A stretch of DNA of 64,000 bases. Origin: an uncultured Pseudomonadales bacterium (GTDB lineage: Bacteria > Patescibacteriota > Microgenomatia > UBA1400 > MFAQ01). A program made the translations under genes and the position numbers. Shown here one piece after another: positions 48,881-58,788 of the stretch (positions are counted from its first letter, which is position 1; each line of letters begins with the position of its first letter). The stretch spans positions 2,721 through 66,720 of the forward strand of contig CAZMCB010000002.1 of the NCBI GenBank assembly GCA_964564895.1. Reading direction: 5' to 3'. Under the pieces are notes generated by a model. It had not been told where the DNA came from and did no database searches. It saw nothing but the letters and a program-made list of their open reading frames with translations.

Positions 48881-50079
48881 AAAATTTTCGTTATAAAGTT
48901 CGTGATACCGAGGGAGTTTTGTCTAGTGGGACAATGGAGGCTACTGATGAGAAACAGGTTGTTTCGGTTTTAAGAGGAAAAGGCTTGTTGATTACCTCTA
49001 TCTCGGAAGAAGACCAGCTTGGTCTGGACCAACTGTTTGGTAGGTTTTCAAAACCCAAGGCAGACGAAATAACCAACTTTACGAGACAGCTTTCAACAAT
49101 GGTTGGTGCAGGCCTGCCTCTTGTTAGTGCCTTGCGTATTTTGAAGGAGCAGTCTTCGAAAAGTCTTAATTTGGTAATAGAAAAAATCTTAACTGAAGTA
49201 GAAGGAGGTTCGACCCTGGCTGATGCTTTAGAAATTTCCGGAGGCGGTTTCTCTTCAGTTTATTTGGCTATGGTTCGCGCAGGTGAGTCTGCTGGAGTTT
49301 TGGATCAAGTTCTAAGAAAGCTGGCTGATGCATTGGATAAGCAAAGAGAGTTTAAGAGTAAAACGAAAGGCGCCATGGTTTATCCTCTTATCATTTTGAT
49401 AGGCATGGTAATTATTACAATTATCATGATGGTTGTAGTGGTCCCCAAATTAACAGCCATGTATCAAGACTTTGGAGCAGATTTGCCAACACCAACAAAA
49501 ATATTGATGGGACTAAGTGGATTTTTTGTAAATTTTTGGTATTACCTAGTGGTATTTTTTGGGGTTGGAGCAGTATTGATTTCTAATTGGGCAAAAACCG
49601 AAGTGGGTTCCTTGATTGTTGAACAACTTACTTTCAGAATTCCAATTTGGGGGAAACTTCGAAAAGATCTAATAATGACCGAGTTTGCAAGAACTGTGAG
49701 TGTTTTGCTTGGTGCTGGTATTCCGATTCTGGATACTTTGCAGATTGTATCGGAAACAATTGGAAGTAAGATATACGGCGCCGAAATTAGACAAGCAGCG
49801 GTAATGGTAGAAAAAGGTGTAGGTTTGGCTGAAGCCATGAAGCAGTTGAATATATTTCCTCCAATCTTAAGTCAGATGATTTCTGTGGGTGAAGAAACTG
49901 GAAAACTTGATGAAGTTCTCGCCAAACTTGCTACTTTTTATGAAGGTGAGTCAGAGGTTAAGGTTAAGGCTCTGACAACAGCGATTGAACCAATGATTAT
50001 GGTTATTATGGGAGTTGGAGTAGGCTTCTTGGTTATTGCGGTGATTATGCCTATATATAACTTGACAAGCCAGTTCTAA
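48877..50079 (+). CDS. pilC: Type IV pilus platform protein
   Basis: FTRQLSTM..AG.P, AGE.AG, GEETGKLD, IEP. Confidence 0.95.
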   Translation: MKNFRYKVRDTEGVLSSGTMEATDEKQVVSVLRGKGLLITSISEEDQLGLDQLFGRFSKPKADEITNFTRQLSTMVGAGLPLVSALRILKEQSSKSLNLVIEKILTEVEGGSTLADALEISGGGFSSVYLAMVRAGESAGVLDQVLRKLADALDKQREFKSKTKGAMVYPLIILIGMVIITIIMMVVVVPKLTAMYQDFGADLPTPTKILMGLSGFFVNFWYYLVVFFGVGAVLISNWAKTEVGSLIVEQLTFRIPIWGKLRKDLIMTEFARTVSVLLGAGIPILDTLQIVSETIGSKIYGAEIRQAAVMVEKGVGLAEAMKQLNIFPPILSQMISVGEETGKLDEVLAKLATFYEGESEVKVKALTTAIEPMIMVIMGVGVGFLVIAVIMPIYNLTSQF

Positions 50080-50127
50080 TCGTTCATAGTGATATCTAGT
50101 TATTGTAATTATAAAAAAATAATAAAA

Positions 50128-50718
50128 ATGATTAGAACAAATAAAGGTTTCACATTAATGGAACTTTTGATTGTCATTGGTGTTTTGGGAATTTTGGCTG
50201 CCGGTCTATTGGCTGCTATTGATCCTTTTGAACAGCTGAGAAAAGCCCGTGATACAAATACACGTAATGCCACGATTGAGCTGATGTCTTCTTTGACTAG
50301 ATATTATGCCAACCACGGAGCGTTTCCTTGGAACATGACTACTTTACCGGACGTAAGTTGTAGTAGAGCTTCGGGTGGAGCTTTGGAAGCTCTTGATACA
50401 ATTGCAATTAATGCATTTTCAATTCAGGATAATGCAATGAGTACCTGTATTTCTGGGTCGGTAGTAGTTGACGGAGAGTTAAAAGATACTTTCATGGATG
50501 GTATTGGATCAACCAATATATATATTGGTTCAAGTAGTACTGATTTGACCGATTTATCGGTTTGTTTTGCTCCTGAAGGAAAATCTGCAAGATCTGATCC
50601 TTCGACTAAGTATCTTCTTGCTGGTACTGATGGAGACTACACTATTACTGATCAGAGTGGTTTGGACACTCCTGCGTGTCCTGCAAACACCGGATTATGT
50701 CTTCAGTGTTTTGAATAA
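50128..50718 (+). CDS. Type IV pilin (candidate major pilin)
   Basis: KG/FTLMELL class III signal; followed by its own terminator. Confidence 0.88.
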   Translation: MIRTNKGFTLMELLIVIGVLGILAAGLLAAIDPFEQLRKARDTNTRNATIELMSSLTRYYANHGAFPWNMTTLPDVSCSRASGGALEALDTIAINAFSIQDNAMSTCISGSVVVDGELKDTFMDGIGSTNIYIGSSSTDLTDLSVCFAPEGKSARSDPSTKYLLAGTDGDYTITDQSGLDTPACPANTGLCLQCFE

Positions 50719-50735
50719 GAAATTAAATTAGAAAA

Positions 50736-50762
50736 GAGAGGGGTGTTATCCCCTCTTTTTTT
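50736..50762 (+). terminator. Intrinsic terminator
   Basis: AGAGGGG-tgttat-CCCCTCT + T-run. Confidence 0.85.
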
Positions 50763-50773
50763 GTGGAGTAGGA

Positions 50774-51604
50774 ATGATACCATTAGATATGCTACTTATT
50801 CTCTTATTTATTTTGATAATGGGTTTAGTTTGGGGATCATTTTTAAATGTTGTTATTTTTCGTATGTCTCACGGAAGTTCTCCCCTATCTGGAAGATCTA
50901 TTTGTCCAAAGTGTAAACATAAGCTAGCTTGGTTTTATAATATTCCCCTTCTTTCTTTTTTGTGGCTTGGTGGAAAGTGTGCTTATTGCAAGAAAAAAAT
51001 TTCAATTCGATATCCATTAGTCGAGGCTTTGACAGGAATATTATTTGTATGGTGGTTTTTGGTAGGTTTTAATTTTTTTCAGTTAGTAGGTTCTCCTTGG
51101 AGTATTATTCAACCTTTGTTTTGGCTATTGGTAGGAATGGTGATGCTATCCATATTCTTGACTGATTTGCTTTATATGGTGATTCCATTTAGTTTGAACT
51201 TATTGTTGTTTTCTTTGGCTTTGTTTTACAGAGTTGGATTGACTGGTTTCGGAATTATGCAACCCATAGATTTGTTTAGAGCCCTTATGTCTGGAGTTGG
51301 ACTATGTCTTCTGTTTGTAATACTTCAAATTCTAACTAAAAAAATTAAAAAAGTTGATGGCTTTGGTTTGGGAGACATATACTTGGCGCCTTCTTTAGGC
51401 CTTTTACTTGGCTGGCCTAAGATTTTGCCAGGAGTATTTATCTCGTTTACTTTGGGGGCTGTTGTAGGAGTAGCTTTAATCATCTTTGGTAAAAAGAAAT
51501 TAAATCAGTACTTACCCTTTGGACCATTTCTGATTGCAGGAACATTTATTTCTTTGTTGTGGGGAGGACAGATATGGAGTTGGTACGTTGGGCTTCTTGT
51601 TTGA
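50774..51604 (+). CDS. pilD: Prepilin peptidase
   Basis: GSFLNV, SICPKC, GKCAYC, GLGD, PFGPF. Confidence 0.95.
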   Translation: MIPLDMLLILLFILIMGLVWGSFLNVVIFRMSHGSSPLSGRSICPKCKHKLAWFYNIPLLSFLWLGGKCAYCKKKISIRYPLVEALTGILFVWWFLVGFNFFQLVGSPWSIIQPLFWLLVGMVMLSIFLTDLLYMVIPFSLNLLLFSLALFYRVGLTGFGIMQPIDLFRALMSGVGLCLLFVILQILTKKIKKVDGFGLGDIYLAPSLGLLLGWPKILPGVFISFTLGAVVGVALIIFGKKKLNQYLPFGPFLIAGTFISLLWGGQIWSWYVGLLV

Positions 51605-51635
51605 CATTTGGTTCGATTTAAAGCAAAATGAACTT

Positions 51636-52208
51636 GTGAGAAGAATAACTAGAGGTTTTACTTTGATTGAGTTAATTTTGGTGATAGCTATCATTGGAAT
51701 TTTGGCTGCCGTTGGTATTGGTTCTTATTCTCAGGCGACAGTAAAGTCTCGTGATACTCAAAGAAAGGGTGATTTAAACCAAATAGTAAAAGGCTTAGAG
51801 TCTTTTAATATTGAAGTAGGAAGATATCCAGCAGATGATGGTAACGGAAAAATACTTTGTCCAACATATAACGAGTCGACATCCCAAGTTACTGATACAA
51901 ACTGTTTTGGTGCCTTAACCGCTTCTATTGGAGATTCAAATATTATTGTTTCAGACAAAACATATACGACCTCCGTATTTATATCTAAAGTGCCAACTGA
52001 CCCAGATAATAATCGAAAATATTATTATGAAAGAACTACTACCGGATTTGCTTTATATGCCTCTTTAGAGAATCCTGAAGATAGAGATATAGTAGTCGAT
52101 GAATCTGGAGCATCGACAGTATGGGATACAAATTGCGGATCAGGTACAACTACTTATTCTTGTAACTATAAAATATCTGATTCTGGATTAATAAGAGTTA
52201 AATTATGA
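51636..52208 (+). CDS. Type IV pilin/pseudopilin
   Basis: RG/FTLIELI, SRDTQRK.DL; GTG start inferred. Confidence 0.85.
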   Translation: MRRITRGFTLIELILVIAIIGILAAVGIGSYSQATVKSRDTQRKGDLNQIVKGLESFNIEVGRYPADDGNGKILCPTYNESTSQVTDTNCFGALTASIGDSNIIVSDKTYTTSVFISKVPTDPDNNRKYYYERTTTGFALYASLENPEDRDIVVDESGASTVWDTNCGSGTTTYSCNYKISDSGLIRVKL

Positions 52209-52708
52209 TGAAACAAAAAGGTTTCACTTTGATAGAGTTACTAGTGACTATGGGTATTATTGCTGTTCTAACTGGTATGGCTGTATTTAACTTTAATCAA
52301 TCTAGAATGAGGGCTCGCGACGTACAACGAAAGAGTGATCTAGGTCAGTTAGTAAAAGCTTTGGAATTGTATAAAAATGATAACCGCTCATTCCCAGAGA
52401 ACCCTAGCTATCCAGTTCCAGACGAAACTGTAATGCAAACTGAGCTTCTTAATGGAGAGTATATTCAAGCCTATTTCGTAGACCCTAAAGGATCTGACTG
52501 GCAGAACTACAAATACAATACTGAAGAAGATAATACAAGGAGTTACTGGCTAATGGCATGTCTTGAAAATACATCTGACAGCACAAGAGCTACAGCAGAT
52601 CAGTGCGTTCGTTTTTATAATGGCAGAGGTGCGCCAGATCAATGTCAATGCGGTGGAAACGATAATACAAATTATACGGGTGCGATGTACGTAATTACTA
52701 ATCCATAA
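52205..52708 (+). CDS. Type IV pilin/pseudopilin
   Basis: KG/FTLIELL, ARDVQRKSDL. Confidence 0.88.
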   Translation: MMKQKGFTLIELLVTMGIIAVLTGMAVFNFNQSRMRARDVQRKSDLGQLVKALELYKNDNRSFPENPSYPVPDETVMQTELLNGEYIQAYFVDPKGSDWQNYKYNTEEDNTRSYWLMACLENTSDSTRATADQCVRFYNGRGAPDQCQCGGNDNTNYTGAMYVITNP

Positions 52709-52709
52709 A

Positions 52710-53126
52710 ATGAAAAAAAACGCTTTTACTCTATTGGAATTATTGGTTGTTATTGGAATTATCGGCATACTTGTTGCCTTGGCAACGGTGTCATATTCAA
52801 AAACACAGTCAGCTGGAAGGGATTCAAGGAGAAAACAAGATATGATTTCTATTCAAAACGCTCTAGAGCAATTTTATTCTTCTGAAGGATATAAATATCC
52901 TGCAGCAAGTTGCAATGAAGCAGAAACAGAGTATTTGAAAAGTACTTGGCCTACTGATCCTGATAACTCACTTCCGTATATATATTCTGAAAACTGTTCT
53001 CCTACCGCTTACTGTGTTTGTGCTCTGCTCGAAAGAGAAGGAACGGGAAATGCAAATGGAAGTGGAAGTGTAAACTGTGATTTTGGCGGTTCTAACAATT
53101 ATTATTGTGTAGGTAATCTTCAGTGA
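52710..53126 (+). CDS. Type IV pilin/pseudopilin
   Basis: NA/FTLLELL, GRDSRRKQD. Confidence 0.88.
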   Translation: MKKNAFTLLELLVVIGIIGILVALATVSYSKTQSAGRDSRRKQDMISIQNALEQFYSSEGYKYPAASCNEAETEYLKSTWPTDPDNSLPYIYSENCSPTAYCVCALLEREGTGNANGSGSVNCDFGGSNNYYCVGNLQ

Positions 53127-53127
53127 C

Positions 53128-53508
53128 ATGAAACAAAAAGGTTTTACTTTTATCGAACTCTTGGTAGTGATTACAATAATTGCAGTTGTGTTTGCTGCGG
53201 GTGTTGTGTCTTATACGGCGATCAGTAAAAATTCTCGAAACGCCAGAAGAGGTGCAGACTTGGAGGCTATTAGACAGGCCTTGGAGATGTGCAGATCAAT
53301 TGATGCTGAGTATCCGGTGAGTATTTACCCTTCTGTTATCTGCCCCTTATCAGATCCAGAAATAGTTACATTGACCAGTACTCCATTAGACCCACGACCT
53401 TGTGAGGGATACTCAGACGGAGCATATAGCTTTGTTTCCGACTCAAATACATATGTTTTGACCGCGAACTGCTATGAAGATACTCCGAAAGTTGTTACCA
53501 ATCCATGA
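53128..53508 (+). CDS. Type IV pilin/pseudopilin
   Basis: KG/FTFIELL, SRNARRGADL. Confidence 0.88.
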   Translation: MKQKGFTFIELLVVITIIAVVFAAGVVSYTAISKNSRNARRGADLEAIRQALEMCRSIDAEYPVSIYPSVICPLSDPEIVTLTSTPLDPRPCEGYSDGAYSFVSDSNTYVLTANCYEDTPKVVTNP

Positions 53509-54023
53509 GATCTATGAAGCGTAATGGCTTTACCTTTGTTGAGCTATTAGTTGTGATTACAATTATTATTCTTTTGTCTGGGATGGGACTGGCGGCATAT
53601 TTTAGATTTAGTCAGAGACAAGCAGCGATGAATGATGCAAGAAACTTTGCAACCACATTACGTAGGGTTCAGGCAATGGCAAAGAACTTAGTTTATCCTG
53701 AGAGCTGTGTGAGTGAGCTTACTGATTATCAAGTGTACGTGGACTGTCTTACATATGATGAAAACTGTCACGAGATAAGTGCACTGGCTTCATGCAAGAA
53801 TGCTGGTGGGTTACCAATAACTGTAAACGTAATTAATAAAGAGCGAATTTTATCCAAGGCATCTTTTTCTACCGGTTTTAATATCACTTTTGCTGCAGGA
53901 ACGGGAAGTATTGATCCTATTGGAGAGTTTCCAATAAACAATTCTAACGATCCATATACTGTGGTGATGAAAACTGATGAAAATGGAAATATCAGCACCA
54001 AAGAATATGAAGAATATCCATAA
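53505..54023 (+). CDS. Minor pilin (FimT/GspH-like)
   Basis: NG/FTFVELL. Confidence 0.85.
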   Translation: MRSMKRNGFTFVELLVVITIIILLSGMGLAAYFRFSQRQAAMNDARNFATTLRRVQAMAKNLVYPESCVSELTDYQVYVDCLTYDENCHEISALASCKNAGGLPITVNVINKERILSKASFSTGFNITFAAGTGSIDPIGEFPINNSNDPYTVVMKTDENGNISTKEYEEYP

Positions 54024-54435
54024 AACCTTTTCCGGACAATCATTAATTGAGATTGTCGTTGCAGTAGGGATCATTGCAGTTGTGTTGGTGGGCGTATCAG
54101 ATCTTATTACTAGATCTTTAGGACTGGCTAGTTTTCAGGCAAATAAAAATATTGCGGTAAATATTGCCCAAAATCAAATTAATCACTACCGTTTGGTAAA
54201 AGATCAGGAGCCGGCAAGTTTTTTTACGACAAACGTTCAAGCTCTTTATGGAGACTGCGTGGGAGAAAATATTGATCCTTCAAAATTCGAGTGTACTATT
54301 TTGTATAACATAGAGTCGAACGATGCCGAAGGCTTACCAAACTTGATAAGAATAAATGTAAATATAAAATGGATTGATGGTGATAATGAAATTAATACTA
54401 GACTTTCACAACTATTAGCAAAACCAACGAAATGA
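54007..54435 (+). CDS. Minor pilin (PilV-like)
   Basis: SG/QSLIEIVVAV. Confidence 0.8.
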   Translation: MKNIHKTFSGQSLIEIVVAVGIIAVVLVGVSDLITRSLGLASFQANKNIAVNIAQNQINHYRLVKDQEPASFFTTNVQALYGDCVGENIDPSKFECTILYNIESNDAEGLPNLIRINVNIKWIDGDNEINTRLSQLLAKPTK

Positions 54436-54962
54436 ATAAACAGATCTCAGGATACACCTTAATTGAGTTAATAATGGCTGTCTCACTATTGGTATTGGTG
54501 TTAGTAGGTGGAACAACCATCTTCTATCGGAGTTTTCGTTCGAGTGGAGTAAGTGATGTTAAGGCTTCCCTTAATACTAGTCTTAGGACACTGGATGAGA
54601 TGATAGAGAGAAGTTTGCGCTTTGGTGAGGTAATTCGTGTAGGCGAAAATAATTTTCGAGAAGAATGTTTGTTGGCTTCCCCTACCATAGGAATATCCGG
54701 AAGTGAGTTGGTTGTTCGTGATCCTGCTGGAAGCGTCGCAGTATATTCTTTGATAGATGGTGAGGTGTCATCAAATTCAGGAGTAATAATCAGTAATCCT
54801 GAGATTGAAGTAACGAAATTGCAGTTTACCTGGTATTGTCGATCTGGAGTAAATGATAAGATGAATTTGCTTATAGAAGCTAGATCTAGATCCAATACAG
54901 GAGAAGGATCTGAGGCCTCTTTTGTTAAGGATATTAATTTACTTAATAGTGGAATAAATTAA
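54432..54962 (+). CDS. Minor pilin (PilW-like)
   Basis: SG/YTLIELI. Confidence 0.8.
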   Translation: MNKQISGYTLIELIMAVSLLVLVLVGGTTIFYRSFRSSGVSDVKASLNTSLRTLDEMIERSLRFGEVIRVGENNFREECLLASPTIGISGSELVVRDPAGSVAVYSLIDGEVSSNSGVIISNPEIEVTKLQFTWYCRSGVNDKMNLLIEARSRSNTGEGSEASFVKDINLLNSGIN

Positions 54963-55721
54963 ATGATAAAGACTAAACATAAAGGTCAAGTTGCTTTAGT
55001 ATTAGTTTTGATTATGACGGTAGTATCTGCTTTGGCCGTTTCTTTGGCATCTAGATCGACAGTTGACACTAGAATTCAGCAGACAGAGTCTGAGAGTGTA
55101 CAAGCACTGTTGTTTGCCCAGACTGGTTTGGAGCAGCTGATTGTTAATCCTGATATTACAAGTACAGCACCGGATGAAAACTACTTAGCTGTTAAAACTG
55201 ATGTAGGAATGGATGGTTTGTCGACAGAAAGTGTTGGTCAAGGAACTACTATTGAGTTAAATTTAGAGGGCGCGACTGCGAGTCTTACTGGTTTTCGAGT
55301 TTATTGGAAGCCAGATCTCGACAATGCAGGTGAACAGCCATCGATTTTAGTGTCACTTATTAACGATTCTGGAGAAATTTCTGATTATGCATATGCTTAT
55401 GCAGCTGGTAATGGTTTTTTAGTTGCCGAAGATGGTTCGTCTGAGGGTTATGAAAAAAGAACACCTGTAATTAGCTTATCAAGCAGTGTTGCAAAAGTGA
55501 GAATCACGGTTTTAAAGACTCCTTCGTTGTTAAAAATTGTTCCAGTTGGGGCTTTGGGTGCCGCTTTTCCTTCGCAAATAAAAAGCATTAAGTCAGTTGG
55601 AACTGTGAGTACTGGAGACAATTCTGTTAAGTATGGCTTACAGTATGATGAGTCTACCGCAGACTCTGTTCCAGCGGTTTTTGATTATGCTTTATTTTCT
55701 GGTGGAAGTATTATTCAGTAA
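54963..55721 (+). CDS. PilX-like minor pilin
   Basis: KG/QVALVLVL lacking E5; ALLFAQTGLE. Confidence 0.78.
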   Translation: MIKTKHKGQVALVLVLIMTVVSALAVSLASRSTVDTRIQQTESESVQALLFAQTGLEQLIVNPDITSTAPDENYLAVKTDVGMDGLSTESVGQGTTIELNLEGATASLTGFRVYWKPDLDNAGEQPSILVSLINDSGEISDYAYAYAAGNGFLVAEDGSSEGYEKRTPVISLSSSVAKVRITVLKTPSLLKIVPVGALGAAFPSQIKSIKSVGTVSTGDNSVKYGLQYDESTADSVPAVFDYALFSGGSIIQ

Positions 55722-55738
55722 GGTATACTAAATATAGT

Positions 55739-56752
55739 ATGGCTGCCCACTTTGGTTTAGATATTGGTTCAACTAGTATAAAGATTGTAAAGTCTGACGG
55801 AAAAAAGATTTCCAGTATAGTTGTGGCAAATAATTCTACAGGTAAAAACTTGATGGGCATGTCAAACGCGGAAAAAATTGCCTTAGCTGATCAGATTAAA
55901 GAACTGGTAAGGTCTGTTGGGTTAAAGGGTAAAAAAGTTGTCGCTTCAATCCCTGAGTCATTGGTTTACTCAAGAGTTATGAAGTTTCCTGTTATGTCTT
56001 CTCCAGAGCTCGCAACGGCAATTAAGTGGGAACTAGATCAGTCGGTCCCCTTTCCCCCCAATGAAGTTGAAACATCGTGGGCTATACTGGAAAAACCAGA
56101 CAAATTAAAAGGAGATGAAAAAATTTCAGTGTATGTCGTCGCAGTGCCAACTCCTGTGTCTGACGCTTATGTACAGCTTTTGGAGTTGATTGAGCTTGAT
56201 CCTTTGAGGCTTGAGAATGAGATTCCTGCTCTGATTCGCGCTTTTTCAGGTGTTCTTTCTAACACGACGCCTTCTGTGATTGTGGATATCGGAGCTAGTG
56301 GAACAGGGTTAATGCTTGTTGGAAAAGAAAAGATATTTGGAAACTATTATTTGCCTTATGGAGGATCAGTTTTAACAAAATTAGTGGCTGACGCTTTTGG
56401 TTTACCACTCAATCAAGCAGAAAGTTATAAGAGGACTTATGGAATGGTTAAGGATCAGCTTGAGGGGAAAATGTTTACTGTTTTAAAGCCTGCTATTGAT
56501 AACTTGTCTGGAGAGATTAAAAAAATGATTATTGCCTATCAAAATGAGTTTAAAGAATCGTCTGTTGGTAGAGTAATCTTAACGGGTGGTGGAGCATACT
56601 TATCTGGTCTTGTCCCCTATTTATCCGAAGTGTTGGAAGGTGTTGAGATTGTAATCGGAGATTCATTTTCTGGCTTGAGTGTAGATCTAAAATACAAGTC
56701 TTTGGGACCTGTGTTTGCGATTTCTTATGGTTTATCGACGGACATTTCATGA
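55739..56752 (+). CDS. pilM: Type IV pilus assembly protein PilM
   Basis: GLDIGSTSIK, VDIGA, LTGGGA actin-like fold. Confidence 0.92.
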   Translation: MAAHFGLDIGSTSIKIVKSDGKKISSIVVANNSTGKNLMGMSNAEKIALADQIKELVRSVGLKGKKVVASIPESLVYSRVMKFPVMSSPELATAIKWELDQSVPFPPNEVETSWAILEKPDKLKGDEKISVYVVAVPTPVSDAYVQLLELIELDPLRLENEIPALIRAFSGVLSNTTPSVIVDIGASGTGLMLVGKEKIFGNYYLPYGGSVLTKLVADAFGLPLNQAESYKRTYGMVKDQLEGKMFTVLKPAIDNLSGEIKKMIIAYQNEFKESSVGRVILTGGGAYLSGLVPYLSEVLEGVEIVIGDSFSGLSVDLKYKSLGPVFAISYGLSTDIS

Positions 56753-57297
56753 TCAAAGTAAATTTAATCAGTAAGAGAAGTCGTGCCTATAAGGGCAAAA
56801 ATTGGACAAGAATTGTGATACTTTCTTTGTTTGGCTTAATCGGACTTTATTTTATTGGTGTTACTTTATATTTGGTTATTGCTATGGTGATTACTTCTAG
56901 TAACATTAAAAAGACAAATGCTGAAGCTACTTCGATATCGAGTGTGATGTTGGCAAATAACGAAAAATTGAGTCGTTTTTTATTAACAAAATCTATCCTG
57001 TCAAAAATTACGAGTTTGGAAAAAGAAAAATTTCACTATAAGGATTATTTGGACCAGATCAGTTTATTGCTTCCTGAAGGATCTCTTTTAAATACTGTTG
57101 ATTTTGCTAACAAAGGATGGATTTCTTTGTCAGTTATCTCTGATGATTTGGCCTCTTTGGCTTTCTTGGAGAAAGCACTTCAAAACCCAAGTAACTGGAC
57201 TGGAAATAAGTTTTTTTCTGGAGCATACATTGAGTCCGTCTCTCGATCAAAAACAAACTCTTACATAACTCGTTTACAACTAGAACTTAAAAAATAA
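56749..57297 (+). CDS. PilN-like protein
   Basis: VNLI N-terminal motif, TM, position after pilM. Confidence 0.7.
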   Translation: MIKVNLISKRSRAYKGKNWTRIVILSLFGLIGLYFIGVTLYLVIAMVITSSNIKKTNAEATSISSVMLANNEKLSRFLLTKSILSKITSLEKEKFHYKDYLDQISLLLPEGSLLNTVDFANKGWISLSVISDDLASLAFLEKALQNPSNWTGNKFFSGAYIESVSRSKTNSYITRLQLELKK

Positions 57298-58103
57298 TGG
57301 CTGAAAATAAAATCATTGGTTATAAAAATATATTTGGCTTTGTTCTCCCTGACTGGGTTGATGAAGGCACTATTCGTTTGTTGGTTACATTTTTATTATC
57401 TGCGGCCGCTATGTTGTTTGTATTAATATTTTTCATTTGGCCAAGATTTGATGATTTGGCATTAAAAAGAACAGAATTATCCAAAGGCCAAGAAAAACTC
57501 GCTTCGCTAAAGAACTCAAAACAAGGATTTGATAAATTGAGTGAACAAATTCCTGAAGAGACACAGAACCTTGTGCTTTCAGCTATTCCCCAAAATTACT
57601 CGCCAGAAAACGCCGTCTTCTTGCTTAGGAGAATCGCAAATGAAACTGCAGGTGTGTCGATCGTGTCATACAAATTACCTTCCGGAGTATTATTTGAAGG
57701 CGATGGTAAAAAAACAGATAAAAAAGATGTAACCGAAATGGTTAGTTTTTTGAGTTATCCTATTAGGCTTGTAGTTACAGCACCGGTTTCTGCTTTGCTG
57801 GAGTTTATAAAAAGGATTGAAACCTCTCTTCCTTTTGGTATGGTATCAGATGTGGGTATGCAAGAAATCACAAAACTTGCTAAGTCTACAACTACGAAAT
57901 CTATTCAAATGGAGATAGAGGTCATGTATTATCAAGCTTTAGTAAATAAGGTTGATATTTCAAAAATTGATCAAATTTCTCCACAAGACTTGGCGTTGGT
58001 AAAGACTTTGTCTGAATATTCAAAAGTAGGATCTGTTGTGGATACCGATGTAGCCCCAGTGACGGATTCTACTGGCTTGTCGGGTAGCTTGTTTGGTTTC
58101 TAA
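57297..58103 (+). CDS. PilO-like protein
   Basis: TM, coiled coil, LLEFIKRIE; position after pilN. Confidence 0.65.
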   Translation: MAENKIIGYKNIFGFVLPDWVDEGTIRLLVTFLLSAAAMLFVLIFFIWPRFDDLALKRTELSKGQEKLASLKNSKQGFDKLSEQIPEETQNLVLSAIPQNYSPENAVFLLRRIANETAGVSIVSYKLPSGVLFEGDGKKTDKKDVTEMVSFLSYPIRLVVTAPVSALLEFIKRIETSLPFGMVSDVGMQEITKLAKSTTTKSIQMEIEVMYYQALVNKVDISKIDQISPQDLALVKTLSEYSKVGSVVDTDVAPVTDSTGLSGSLFGF

Positions 58104-58136
58104 AAAAACAACCCTCTTTCGAGAGTTGTTTTTTTT
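58102..58136. terminator. Bidirectional terminator between convergent operons
   Basis: A7-CAAC.CTC-tttc-GAG.GTTG-T8. Confidence 0.8.
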
Positions 58137-58153
58137 CAATAAATTAATTTTGC

Positions 58154-58555
58154 TTATTCTTCAGTCTTTTCCGCTTCTTCGTCTTTTTTTTCTTCAATTA
58201 TCTCAGCGACCTCCTCGAGTGCCTCTTCTTTTTCTTCTACTAACTCTTCTGGGGTTTCAGACTCGAGTTTTTCTTCGATTATTTCTGATTCTTCTACTTT
58301 TTCTGGTTTTGGGGAGCCATCTTCTAAAAGATCAACGATTGCTCTTGTTCCCTTTTGAATGGCAGCGATTCTAACTATTTGACGAATTGATTTGATTACC
58401 TTACCTTCTTTACCGATAACACGGCCTACATCTTCTGGGTCAACTTTAATGAGGTATTTTGTAGCCTCTTTGTCTTCAGTCTGTTCTTCGGTGATTGTGA
58501 CACTTTCGGGATGATTAACGATATTACTAACGATGTACTCGATAAGTTGTTTCAT
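58154..58555 (-). CDS. khpA: KH-domain RNA-binding protein with acidic tail
   Basis: DVGRVIGKEGKVIKSIR; downstream of rpsP. Confidence 0.9.
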   Translation of the reverse strand: MKQLIEYIVSNIVNHPESVTITEEQTEDKEATKYLIKVDPEDVGRVIGKEGKVIKSIRQIVRIAAIQKGTRAIVDLLEDGSPKPEKVEESEIIEEKLESETPEELVEEKEEALEEVAEIIEEKKDEEAEKTEE

Positions 58556-58556
58556 T

Positions 58557-58781
58557 TTATTTAACTAACTTTCTAATGGTGTCTGTTGGCTGAGCTCCCT
58601 TGTTTAGCCATAATTGATAATTTTCCTTATTCAATTCTATCTTGTTTTCGGCATCATGTGGGTTATAGGTACCCAAGGTGTCAATAACCTTTCCAGATAA
58701 TTTGGACTTGTCTTCTGCAACAACGATACGATAGAAGCGTTGATGTCTTTTTCCAGTCGGTTGTAGTTTGATTTTTAGCAT
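58557..58781 (-). CDS. rpsP: 30S ribosomal protein bS16
   Basis: FYRIVVA, LGTYNP, GAQPTD. Confidence 0.96.
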   Translation of the reverse strand: MLKIKLQPTGKRHQRFYRIVVAEDKSKLSGKVIDTLGTYNPHDAENKIELNKENYQLWLNKGAQPTDTIRKLVK

Positions 58782-58788
58782 AGCGATA

